A model generated the notes under the pieces. The model made no database searches. It saw only the letters and a program-made list of their open reading frames with translations, and was not told the DNA's origin. A program made the translations under genes and the position numbers. Positions 19,646-28,954 of a stretch of 64,000 nt of DNA are shown here, piece by piece (positions within the stretch are counted from its first letter, which is position 1; the number at the start of each line of letters is the position of its first letter). Origin of the DNA: Candidatus Latescibacterota bacterium (lineage in GTDB: Bacteria; Latescibacterota; UBA2968; GCA-2709665). Where the stretch lies: positions 5,472,001-5,536,000 of the forward strand of contig OZ250150.1 in assembly GCA_965237675.1 (NCBI GenBank). Direction: 5' to 3'.

Positions 19646-19682
19646 TAAAGTCCTCGTTGTTCTGATGGAAAATTCCCTGTCT
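19646..19682 (-). repeat. solitary CRISPR-like repeat (family B), 3' end remodelled into the Nmad3 RBS
   Basis: Core ttgttctgatggaaaattc (19657-19675); minus strand reads TTCCATCAGAACAACGAGGACTTTACCG-ATG. Confidence 0.7.
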
Positions 19683-19785
19683 ACAATCTCCTCAAGTCCG
19701 GCGCCTAATGGGCCGGCCGGCACGATTCGACTCGAACCCACAACGTGCATCCGGACAAAGCGGCGGCTTGTCGCGTGAGGTGGAT

Positions 19786-20424
19786 CTAACGCATCTCCAA
19801 CCGTTCGCCGCGCCGAAGCAGCCCGAGGCTCTCGGCGATGCGCCGCTCCCGAGTTGCCTCGCGTTTGGCCGTCCCTATCCACGTGATGAACTGGCGCTGG
19901 TACGAAGGCGCCAGGGTGTTCCAAAAGGCTTGAGCATTGGGATCGGCTTCCAAGGCGGCTGAGAACGCGTGCGCCATCTCGAACCGAGCCGCCTCAGGCT
20001 TCCAACCCCAGGTTCCGCTACGCTTCGCTTCGTCGATCAGGCGCTGGCCGGCGGCCGTCATCTTGCCGGACGCGCGCAGCCGGTCGACGCGCTTACGGTT
20101 CGTTTCCGACCACCGGCTCCCCGGCCTTCTCGGCGTGAAGCGGTGCATGTAGCGCTCGTCGTCGATCCGCTGCTTCGTCCCGTCGATCCAGCCAAAACAC
20201 AGCGCTTCCTCGACCGCGTCGTTGTACGTCGCTGTCGGTTTGTCCACGTGTTTCTTGTAGAACACCACCCAGACCGCGTCGACGCGATCGTGGTTCGCGC
20301 ACAGCCAGCGTCGCCAACAGGACCGGCTTCTCGGGGTGAAGCGCCGCTCCGGCGTGGACCTCGCCGCCTGCCTCGACCTGCCGGGAAGGGAAACATCGAC
20401 TGCTTTCTTGTCCGAATCAGGCAT
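19786..20424 (-). CDS. YdeI/OmpD-associated family protein
   Basis: AVEEALCFGWIDG, FTPRRPGSRWSETN, AKREATRERRI. Confidence 0.9.
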   Translation of the reverse strand: MPDSDKKAVDVSLPGRSRQAARSTPERRFTPRSRSCWRRWLCANHDRVDAVWVVFYKKHVDKPTATYNDAVEEALCFGWIDGTKQRIDDERYMHRFTPRRPGSRWSETNRKRVDRLRASGKMTAAGQRLIDEAKRSGTWGWKPEAARFEMAHAFSAALEADPNAQAFWNTLAPSYQRQFITWIGTAKREATRERRIAESLGLLRRGERLEMR

Positions 20425-20941
20425 GAGGATCTCCGTTATTCCCATTTGGAAGCGCAACGCTACAGGCACGCGAAGGCCAGCGCGGTAAAGCCACGACCGA
20501 TCGACAGCTGTATGGCGCCGGGATGCCCCACGTATCTGGGCGTCGCTTCAACTCGCTCAGCAACCCCACTGGGCACCAATTCCACCTCTTTGAACTCGAA
20601 CAGTTACACATTGCTGTTGAAGCGTACCGCCATGTCCGGACGACCCGGGTGGCGCAGAAACCCTTTTCACGTCAGCTTACGGAGCCCGTGGACGACATTG
20701 AACGCCGACGGTATATCCGGTAACTGGTCTACCCGCTCCCCAGGGCGTGCCCGGGGAAAATCGCCCGAACCTGCGAGAATCGGTTCAGTAGTGGCACCGC
20801 TGATCGGCGCTGCCCATATCGGTATTAACTATTGGGGCTTGAAACAGATGGACAAAGCTGCAAACATCCGTAGCCTCCACGTCGATGCGTCTCGAAAAAA
20901 CGTAAGCCCCTGCTCACTGGTGAAGACATGGCCTGCCGTGG

Positions 20942-21190
20942 TTAGAAAATGCCTCCGCCGAGCGCAAGGCGTATGATGCCAAAAAACAGCGCCACAATGC
21001 AGCATACTAAGCCCGCGATACCGCAGCTCTTGGAGTTGCTGCCCGCCGTAACCAGCGCGATGCCGCAGACGATGACGCCCAAGCCTGCAAAAGGGATATT
21101 GAGCCAGTTTAGCGAGCCGAGACAAGGAAAAAAGCCCACCACCATTCCAACAATAGCCAGAATTCCCCAAAGCAAACTAAGCACCCGCAT
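20942..21190 (-). CDS. small membrane protein
   Basis: 82 aa, three hydrophobic segments, GGAGG RBS. Confidence 0.75.
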   Translation of the reverse strand: MRVLSLLWGILAIVGMVVGFFPCLGSLNWLNIPFAGLGVIVCGIALVTAGSNSKSCGIAGLVCCIVALFFGIIRLALGGGIF

Positions 21191-21194
21191 GATG

Positions 21195-21512
21195 TTACCT
21201 CCTTTTGTGCATCCGGCGCATCATGAAAACGGCGACCACTAGCTGATTGGCGAGCAAAGCTCCAAGAATGGCGACCGACCCTCGATTGTAGATAAGAGCT
21301 GCCGAGAAGTCGCCACGTGCAGTGGCCGCGAATGCGCGCGTCATGCCGCACAAAGCGCAGGTTTCCCCGTTGCGATGCGGCACCTTAAGAGCCTCGCTCG
21401 TGGAAAAAAGCGTTTCCTCCGGCACAAGGTAGGGCAAGATCAATATGAAAAGCAGCACAGTTGACGCCACCAACCACGCCGCCAAAAGGGTCCTCCTGGC
21501 ATAGCGGTCCAT
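21195..21512 (-). CDS. DUF2752-like membrane protein
   Basis: CALCGMTRAF motif. Confidence 0.7.
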   Translation of the reverse strand: MDRYARRTLLAAWLVASTVLLFILILPYLVPEETLFSTSEALKVPHRNGETCALCGMTRAFAATARGDFSAALIYNRGSVAILGALLANQLVVAVFMMRRMHKRR

Positions 21513-21543
21513 TGCGTCGGCTCCGTCGTGAAATACGAGGATT

Positions 21544-21580
21544 GTTTCAATCCTTGTTCTGATGGAAGATTCCCGACGGT
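21544..21580 (-). repeat. solitary CRISPR-like repeat (family B, best-conserved copy)
   Basis: Minus strand ACCGTCGGGAATCTTCCATCAGAACAAGGATTGAAAC, 37 nt, ATTGAAAC end. Confidence 0.9.
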
Positions 21581-21661
21581 GTGTGGAGCGCACGCGAGGC
21601 ACTGCTGTTCTGTGGGGTGCGTCTCATGTACGGTTAAGGCGCGGGGACGCACTATCCGCGG

Positions 21662-22744
21662 TCATGCCAGGTTGGCGACGCGGCGTTCGGCGGCGGCGAT
21701 GTCGGCGGCGCCGTCGAGCACGGTGATCTCCAGGTGGAACTCGCGTGTGGCGCCGGGTTCCAGGTACTCCAGGAAGTCGTGCCTGCGGTTCCAGGCGCGC
21801 CCGAGGGGCGAGCAGTTGCCCGGCTCCACGCCGGTCACGTAGCCGGCGGCGGCGAAGTGCTGCCACTGGGTGACCAGCGGCAGCTCGGCAGCCGGCATGC
21901 GCCACTGCAGGCCGTACGCAAGCCGGTCGTTGATCAACGCAACGGTCACGTTGCCGTTGGCGTCCGGTACCGGCCGGTGCACGTAGACGTCGTCGCCGGC
22001 GCCCGGCTCCGGGGCGCGCGCCCGCTCGTACTCCGCGGCATCGACCGGGCGGTCCTGCAGCCACTCGGTGCTGAACTGGCTGTTGACCACGAACCGGGTA
22101 CCCTCGTCGAGCAGCGGGAAGCCGGGATTGGTGTGGTACAGCAGCATCAACGGCGAGCGCAACCCGCCTAGGTTCTCCACTCGGTCGTGGATGCTGATGC
22201 GGCGCTCGCCCAGCGTAGTGGTGATTTCGCGGCGTAGCTCGAGGGTGGTGCCAAGTGCCACCGCTTCGCGCATGGTGCCGGCGATGCGCAGGCGGTATTG
22301 GTCTCCCTGCCAGCTTCCGCCGGCGCTCACGTCGCGCGCCGGGATGGCGGACAGCCGCCCGTGCAGGCCCAGCTCCTCGCCTTCCTCCTCCGGGTCGGTT
22401 TCGGGATGGCCGACGAAGGTCAGGCCGCAACTGATGAGCAGGCCGCCGAAGAAACTGCGCATCCAGCCGTAACCGCCGGGCTCGAAGAATGCCGGGCCGA
22501 CGTCACCGGTGGCGCTGCGGAAACACAGCGACCGCCCCCGGTAGGTGGCGGCAGCGATGTCGAGCGCCCGTCCGGGCAGCACCGAGAAGCTCAGTCCGGA
22601 GGCGTTGCTCACCTCGATCAATCCGGCGCCGCGCTCGTTGCCCTCGGTCAGCTCGGCGCGGCGAACGGCGGCGAGCTGGCTCATATCGCCGACCAACCGC
22701 AGCAGCTCCGCCTTCGTGTAGTCACGTCCAAACAGATGCGCCAT
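21662..22744 (-). CDS. DUF4432 / aldose 1-epimerase-like protein
   Basis: PGRALDI, GLLISCGL, GLHGR, MLLYHTNPGFPLL, YVTGVEP. Confidence 0.9.
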   Translation of the reverse strand: MAHLFGRDYTKAELLRLVGDMSQLAAVRRAELTEGNERGAGLIEVSNASGLSFSVLPGRALDIAAATYRGRSLCFRSATGDVGPAFFEPGGYGWMRSFFGGLLISCGLTFVGHPETDPEEEGEELGLHGRLSAIPARDVSAGGSWQGDQYRLRIAGTMREAVALGTTLELRREITTTLGERRISIHDRVENLGGLRSPLMLLYHTNPGFPLLDEGTRFVVNSQFSTEWLQDRPVDAAEYERARAPEPGAGDDVYVHRPVPDANGNVTVALINDRLAYGLQWRMPAAELPLVTQWQHFAAAGYVTGVEPGNCSPLGRAWNRRHDFLEYLEPGATREFHLEITVLDGAADIAAAERRVANLA

Positions 22745-22856
22745 GCTCGCTCTCTCCTCTCGTGGACGGGCGGCGCCCGGTCAGCGGTCGTGCCAGCGGG
22801 TGTTGCTGCCGGTGCCGCCGGTGAGGCCGATCACCCGCCCCATGATCGCCGCGCCG

Positions 22857-23002
22857 TTACGCCGGGTGCCTCGCCGGGGCAACGTGAGCGCGGCCGATCT
22901 GTCCTACCGAGGTACAGCCGATGAGCGCCATGGTGCGGCTCATCTCCTCGGCCAGCAGGCTTACCGCGTAGTCGACCCCCGCTTCGCCGCCGTTGCCAGA
23001 CT
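22857..23002 (-). pseudogene. C-terminal fragment of an FMN-dependent alpha-hydroxy acid dehydrogenase
   Basis: GGEAGVDYAVSLLAEEMSRTMALIGCTSVGQI begins immediately after the last CRISPR repeat. Confidence 0.8.
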
Positions 23003-25672
23003 GTTTCAATCCGCTCCCCCCACCGAAGTGAGGGGAGATGTCATCTCGGGCGCGTGCGCGAAGTCCTTCCACGAGTTTCAATCCGCTCCCCCCACCGAAG
23101 TGAGGGGAGATATTCAGGATGTTTCCGCGTCTATCGTTCCGTCTCCGGTTTCAATCCGCTCCCCCCACCGAAGTGAGGGGAGATATGGACGAAGAAGTCA
23201 TACACTACGACTCCCGGATAGGTTTCAATCCGCTCCCCCCACCGAAGTGAGGGGAGATTTTTATGATGGACTGGATAGACGCCGAAAGAAACAGTTTCAA
23301 TCCGCTCCCCCCACCGAAGTGAGGGGAGATCTGTATCCGTGCGCCTCATCGCCCTCGACCTCTCACAAGTTTCAATCCGCTCCCCCCACCGAAGTGAGGG
23401 GAGATCAGCGCGGGTATGCCTTCCTCGCGCACGACATCCAAAGTTTCAATCCGCTCCCCCCACCGAAGTGAGGGGAGATGAATCTGACGGGTATCGTACC
23501 CGCCGTCCCACTCGAGTTTCAATCCGCTCCCCCCACCGAAGTGAGGGGAGATCCTTCGCGTATGACGAGGGCCTTGATCCTTTCATGAGACAGTTTCAAT
23601 CCGCTCCCCCCACCGAAGTGAGGGGAGATCGCTTGCTCGGTGGCTGAGAGTTGCGATACTTACGTGTTTCAATCCGCTCCCCCCACCGAAGTGAGGGGAG
23701 ATCTCCCAGGCGGCACAATGGCGGTTAGTGGGAACCAGGTTTCAATCCGCTCCCCCCACCGAAGTGAGGGGAGATCGCCGGGCGGCGACCTGTGGGAAGC
23801 GTCGGGGATGGTCGTTTCAATCCGCTCCCCCCACCGAAGTGAGGGGAGATGCCGTGGGCGTTTTCATTCCGGGAAAGGCTGACATGTTTCAATCCGCTCC
23901 CCCCACCGAAGTGAGGGGAGATCAGGGGCCGCTTGCCGGGGTTACCATCAAGGATCCGCGTTTCAATCCGCTCCCCCCACCGAAGTGAGGGGAGATCTCT
24001 GTCGGGCATGGCGAAAAGAACCAACAAAAGCAAGTTTCAATCCGCTCCCCCCACCGAAGTGAGGGGAGATATCCTTATCTCGCGCCGGCACTGTTGGGTA
24101 CGACGAGTTTCAATCCGCTCCCCCCACCGAAGTGAGGGGAGATTTAAACCGGGGCCACAATACAGGAGGGTAAATAATGGTTTCAATCCGCTCCCCCCAC
24201 CGAAGTGAGGGGAGATGTCGGCCGGAATTCTTGCCGAACACGATAGCGCAGTTTCAATCCGCTCCCCCCACCGAAGTGAGGGGAGATTAATGCCTGATTT
24301 TACTGGCGAACAAAAGAAAAAGTTTCAATCCGCTCCCCCCACCGAAGTGAGGGGAGATGGGCGCACAGATCGCCTCTGAGCGTTCCTTTTGTGGTTTCAA
24401 TCCGCTCCCCCCACCGAAGTGAGGGGAGATTCCTGTCTTCATCCGTGAATACATATCCTTCAGGCATGTTTCAATCCGCTCCCCCCACCGAAGTGAGGGG
24501 AGATCTACGATGCGGTATCGGATGTCGGTGCCTGCAATGTTTCAATCCGCTCCCCCCACCGAAGTGAGGGGAGATAGACAGCGGGTGGGCATTGACGACT
24601 GACGCGATAGGTTTCAATCCGCTCCCCCCACCGAAGTGAGGGGAGATTTGTCTGCCGGACGCGGCGCAATGCCGTCGCCATAAGTTTCAATCCGCTCCCC
24701 CCACCGAAGTGAGGGGAGATCCCGAAATGCAAGGGTGGTGGGACAAGTGCACTCAGGACGTTTCAATCCGCTCCCCCCACCGAAGTGAGGGGAGATGCGC
24801 GATGACGCCAAGACAAAAGTCATTCACAATGTTTCAATCCGCTCCCCCCACCGAAGTGAGGGGAGATTCGTAACCGTGCACGAACTGCTCAAAAGCGTCG
24901 ATGGTTTCAATCCGCTCCCCCCACCGAAGTGAGGGGAGATCCACGCCCCGCGCGGGTTCGCGCAACTCGTAGGAATGTTTCAATCCGCTCCCCCCACCGA
25001 AGTGAGGGGAGATTGCCTGTCTCCTCTTGAATCAGTGACGCGCTCAGGTTTCAATCCGCTCCCCCCACCGAAGTGAGGGGAGATTCATTTTCGTGCCTAC
25101 CTGCACAGCGAAAGACACGGTGTTTCAATCCGCTCCCCCCACCGAAGTGAGGGGAGATTCCCCGACCCCTCCCCTCCCACGGCCGTTCCTCCACGTTTCA
25201 ATCCGCTCCCCCCACCGAAGTGAGGGGAGATCAGGTTGCTCGACAAGGCCGTCCCAGGGGCTACGTGTTTCAATCCGCTCCCCCCACCGAAGTGAGGGGA
25301 GATGTGTCGCCTGTGGCCCTGGGGGTTTTGACCCGTACAGGTTTCAATCCGCTCCCCCCACCGAAGTGAGGGGAGATCCGTGGTGTCCTGGGCCTTGCCC
25401 TGGGTCTATACTGGTTTCAATCCGCTCCCCCCACCGAAGTGAGGGGAGATGTGCCGTCGCGGGCGTACGTCACCTCGGAACCAAAGGTTTCAATCCGCTC
25501 CCCCCACCGAAGTGAGGGGAGATCCAGGGGCGTCCGTGGGAGAGGCGGGTGGTGGGTCCGGGTTTCAATCCGCTCCCCCCACCGAAGTGAGGGGAGATGT
25601 ACGTGGTCGCGGCGGCTTACGCCGCGCTGGGTACGGTTTCAATCCGCTCCCCCCACCGAAGTGAGGGGAGAT
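23003..25672 (-). CRISPR. type I-C CRISPR array, 37 repeats / 36 spacers
   Basis: 37-nt repeat ATCTCCCCTCACTTCGGTGGGGGGAGCGGATTGAAAC (minus strand), period about 73 nt, counted by eye. Confidence 0.98.
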
Positions 25673-25852
25673 GCTGGTTGCTACAACCAGCAGAATACCA
25701 AAGGTTTACACAGGCGGATGCGCGATTCCATCGAATCGGTAACAAACAATCCTGAATTCAACATCGATGAGCCCTCCAACCTGTTATTAAACAAAAGGTT
25801 TCGCAACCCGCGAAACCCCAGGCAAAATTCCGTCACTCTACGTTCGCGCAAC
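25673..25852 (-). promoter_or_regulatory. CRISPR leader
   Basis: Between cas2 and the first repeat; GCGCGAAC...GGGTTTCGCG motifs, AT-richer. Confidence 0.8.
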
Positions 25853-26140
25853 CTATAAAACCAGCGGACCCGATAGGTCCACGGGTTTACTGATACCGTG
25901 ATGCTCTGTCTCCTTTCCGGTGTCTTCGTCCAGGTGATAGATTCGAAGGGAGTCTTGCTCATGATCGATTTCCTTTAACAAACGATTTCGGAGCACGGCC
26001 CATTCCGTTTTTCCGACCTTACATTCAAACAGCGACTTTTGTACTCGTACGCCGAAATCCTCACAGGCTCTTGCGACGCGCCGCAGTCGCTTTTGTCCAG
26101 CCCGGTCAATCGTCGAGACGTCGTACGCGATCAGTTTCAA
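25853..26140 (-). CDS. cas2: CRISPR-associated endonuclease Cas2
   Basis: IAYDVST..RLRRVARACEDFGVRVQKSLFEC..DSLRIY; probable TTG start. Confidence 0.95.
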   Translation of the reverse strand: MKLIAYDVSTIDRAGQKRLRRVARACEDFGVRVQKSLFECKVGKTEWAVLRNRLLKEIDHEQDSLRIYHLDEDTGKETEHHGISKPVDLSGPLVL

Positions 26141-26170
26141 TCCGCTCTCCTGCAATAGAACAGGTGAAAT
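26134..26170 (-). repeat. 37-nt array-repeat mimic over the cas2 RBS/start
   Basis: ATTTCACCTGTTCTATTGCAGGAGAGCGGATTGAAAC; 16/17 match at the 3' end, 7/9 at the 5' end. Confidence 0.75.
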
Positions 26171-26176
26171 CCTACT

Positions 26177-27238
26177 TCATTTGGGTATGTACGGGATATA
26201 GTCGGGAATATCGCCACGGAGCTTTCGCGCCAGCAACCTGGCTTGAATGCTGAACACCTGCCCTAAACGGATATTTTCCTTGAACAGCGCGTGCTTTACC
26301 TCGGTTTGCTTCCGGCGTTGCCAGGCCTGGATAACCTCTTTCCTGCCCCGGTCGGTAAACTCCACTGCGCCGCCTTCGCGCTCGAGGAAGTGTCCAGGTT
26401 CAATCTGGCGACGATTGATCAGGGTCAATGCCAGCCGCTCAGCCAAACAGGGTCGGAACTCTTCCATCAGATCCAGCGCACAAGCCGGCCTACCAGCCCT
26501 TGTGGCATGGAGCCAGCCGACGTACGGGTCCAGCCCAGCGGTCGTCAACGCGGCCAAACAGTCGTGCCGCACCAGTGCGTAGATGAAGGAAAGCAGGCAG
26601 TTTACCCGGTCACGGGGCGGACGCCGCGAGCGCGTAATAAATCTGAAGTCTTCCCGCTGTTGTTTAAGCATGTACTGGAAGGCCGAGAAATATTTCCTGG
26701 CGCCCAGACCTTCCATACCCCTGATCGGATCGAGTGCCTCCCGAAGCCCGCAATTCGTTGCAACGGGTGGAGCATTGCCGAGTTGATCGATCAGCCGGGC
26801 TAATTCATCTGCGGCACCCACCAACTCCCTGCGGTCCGAATCCGTCTCGGCTTCGCGGCCGGACCGCAATAGATTGGAACGCGAATTCTGCAGCTTTCCG
26901 GCGACGAACTGCCGGGCAATGCGAGCAGCAACCTCCGGGCTGTCCGCCGCCGCGTATTGAGCCCGGCGGAGCAGATACCGGGTGTCTCCGCTTCCCAGAA
27001 CCTGCGCCAGCAGATGTCCGTTCTCGGTATGGTAATGGACGGCAACCTGATGCTGCCAGCACAGGGACATTGCAGGTGGCGTAACCACGACCCGACCGAA
27101 CGCGCAGATACTTTCCAGGTGATGAATCGGCACGGTCAATCGTGTTTGTTTTTCGATTTCGACCCGGAGCGTCAAATGATCCCTGTGGACAACAGTGCCC
27201 GGAGTCGTCAGATACAGGGTGTTCTGGATGATAGCCAT
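26177..27238 (-). CDS. cas1: type I-C Cas1
   Basis: NTLYLTT, RGMEG..A..YF, RSRRPPRDRVNCLLSF, ALDLMEEFR. Confidence 0.97.
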   Translation of the reverse strand: MAIIQNTLYLTTPGTVVHRDHLTLRVEIEKQTRLTVPIHHLESICAFGRVVVTPPAMSLCWQHQVAVHYHTENGHLLAQVLGSGDTRYLLRRAQYAAADSPEVAARIARQFVAGKLQNSRSNLLRSGREAETDSDRRELVGAADELARLIDQLGNAPPVATNCGLREALDPIRGMEGLGARKYFSAFQYMLKQQREDFRFITRSRRPPRDRVNCLLSFIYALVRHDCLAALTTAGLDPYVGWLHATRAGRPACALDLMEEFRPCLAERLALTLINRRQIEPGHFLEREGGAVEFTDRGRKEVIQAWQRRKQTEVKHALFKENIRLGQVFSIQARLLARKLRGDIPDYIPYIPK

Positions 27239-27281
27239 AACAGGTCCGTAAGCCAGGTTTGGCCTGTGGAACCAGGCAAAT

Positions 27282-27983
27282 TTAGTCTGAGGTGTCGAAC
27301 ACCTCCCGGCCGGCTTGAAGAAGGATGGGCGGAGCGCTGGTTATTTCGGGAAGGCAGTAATGAAAAAGCGAGCACTCCGAACATTGTGGCTTATGGACGG
27401 CTTGGGGGACCACTTCCTCTTCGATAAGCCGATGCACGGCTTCGATGGCGTGTTCTGTGAGTCGGCGCAGATCGCCGTCAAACTCAACTTCTCGCCGGCG
27501 CCTGCTCGTGGCGTGGTAGATAGCCCCTCGGGGAATCTCCAATTCGAACATTTCTTCGAGGCACAACGCTTGTGCGCAAAGCTGGGCGTCATCGTTGTCG
27601 AACTTGCGGCGTTTGCCCTTCTTATATTCAACTGGATAGACGCTTTCGACATTATCCGGCAAATATCGGGTTTTTTTTCGCTTAGAAGAACGTTTGAGTT
27701 TCACCTCAACAATATCGCATTTTCCAGAGAGCCCCAGCCTTTGGGACCATACCGGCAATGCCCGAAGCACTTCTGTATGTGCCGCCTTCTCGTACCCTGG
27801 TACATCGGCCTGCTCGTGAAATTGACTGCCGATTAGCGTGTGCTCGTTTTCGGTGAAAGTACCCTCGACATGGATCAAGCCCGCCCGCCGAGGGCAATAG
27901 AGGTACTGGTTGATAGCGGAGAGCGGAATGATCCGCTCTCCGCTATCGTACGGGTGGATCGGCTGGAAAACGGATTCATTCAT
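27282..27983 (-). CDS. cas4: Cas4
   Basis: YCPRR, GKCDIVE, PVEYKKG, QLCAQALCLEEM, CSECSL..C. Confidence 0.95.
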   Translation of the reverse strand: MNESVFQPIHPYDSGERIIPLSAINQYLYCPRRAGLIHVEGTFTENEHTLIGSQFHEQADVPGYEKAAHTEVLRALPVWSQRLGLSGKCDIVEVKLKRSSKRKKTRYLPDNVESVYPVEYKKGKRRKFDNDDAQLCAQALCLEEMFELEIPRGAIYHATSRRRREVEFDGDLRRLTEHAIEAVHRLIEEEVVPQAVHKPQCSECSLFHYCLPEITSAPPILLQAGREVFDTSD

Positions 27984-28929
27984 GACGCCTATTTAAGCAA
28001 ATGCCGGCGGGCAGATCGACACTGTCCCATCCGCAGCCAACCTCATAATCGGCGAAGGATTGCGGGAATTCCACGCTGTCCTTCAGTTTTACCTCTATTC
28101 CCTCAAAAAGCTTGTGGGCATGGGCACAGCCGAGGCGGGCTTCGCGTTTTTTTTGTTCGGCATTATTTTCATGTTGGGTGCCAACGTGCTCAAAGTCGTA
28201 AATCCCTCGCACCACCATTTCACCGCGAGCAGCGGAGCGGTCATGCTCGAACATCTGGTTGAGCGCATCGAAGAGGACATCGAGGTCGGCGTTAGTGAAC
28301 CCGGTGCGTTCGGCAAAAGCAGGCGAGACGTAAACCTTGGCGGCGAAGAGGGCATAGGGTACGATGTGCTTATTGCCCATGGTGCGTTCCTTGTCTGCGT
28401 CCTCCTCTTTTGTGACGGCACCGCGAGTAATGGAGATCTCCAGTGGCGTGATAGGATGGTACGACTGGCCAAAGGTGAACTGCACCGGACCGCGCACCTG
28501 ACCCCAAGCGGAGCCTTTCATGATGCTTTCCCCTACGCCGAGTACACCGCCGAACGCACGCACATCAAAGAACTCACGGCACAGCCATTTCATGGCAGCT
28601 TCTTGCTTCTCGTTCTTGGAAGCACCCGAGTCCAAACTCTCGGCACTTTTCTCAACGCCATTGTCGATCTCGTTATTGATTATGGCACCCTGCCTTATCA
28701 ACAGATTATAGCCGTTGGCATCATCTTCAGCCCGTTCGGGCGAGAACATTTCAACGAAGTTGCGCACCTTACGCTTGAGGCACACGTCGGAGACGAGACC
28801 CCGATTGGTGTTGTGATCTTGACGCGGCATGTTACCAGCATCGGGATCGCCATTGGGATTTCCGTTGGTGACCTCGAAGAGCAGCAAAACGTCGTGCCGA
28901 TTGGTGAGAATATCGTTGTTTCGATTCAT
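27976..28929 (-). CDS. cas7: Cas7/Csd2
   Basis: NGNPNGDPDAGNMPR, SDVCLKRKVRN, FDVRAFG, GQVRGPVQ, FEHDRSAARG. Confidence 0.97.
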   Translation of the reverse strand: MNRNNDILTNRHDVLLLFEVTNGNPNGDPDAGNMPRQDHNTNRGLVSDVCLKRKVRNFVEMFSPERAEDDANGYNLLIRQGAIINNEIDNGVEKSAESLDSGASKNEKQEAAMKWLCREFFDVRAFGGVLGVGESIMKGSAWGQVRGPVQFTFGQSYHPITPLEISITRGAVTKEEDADKERTMGNKHIVPYALFAAKVYVSPAFAERTGFTNADLDVLFDALNQMFEHDRSAARGEMVVRGIYDFEHVGTQHENNAEQKKREARLGCAHAHKLFEGIEVKLKDSVEFPQSFADYEVGCGWDSVDLPAGICLNRRHE

Positions 28930-28954
28930 TGATGAATTCCTTTCTGTGAAAGAT

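Noticed and set aside
1-23002. Classical integron with attC sites
   Set aside because: No tyrosine integrase and no RYYYAAC/GTTRRRY attC pairs recognised; the boundary motif is CRISPR-like.
22743-25962. Many ORFs containing FQSAPPTEVRGD or similar repeats
   Set aside because: They are translations of the CRISPR array and leader.
27239-27281. Hairpin TTTGCCTG/CAGGCCAAA upstream of cas1 as a third repeat mimic
   Set aside because: Lacks the conserved repeat 3' end.
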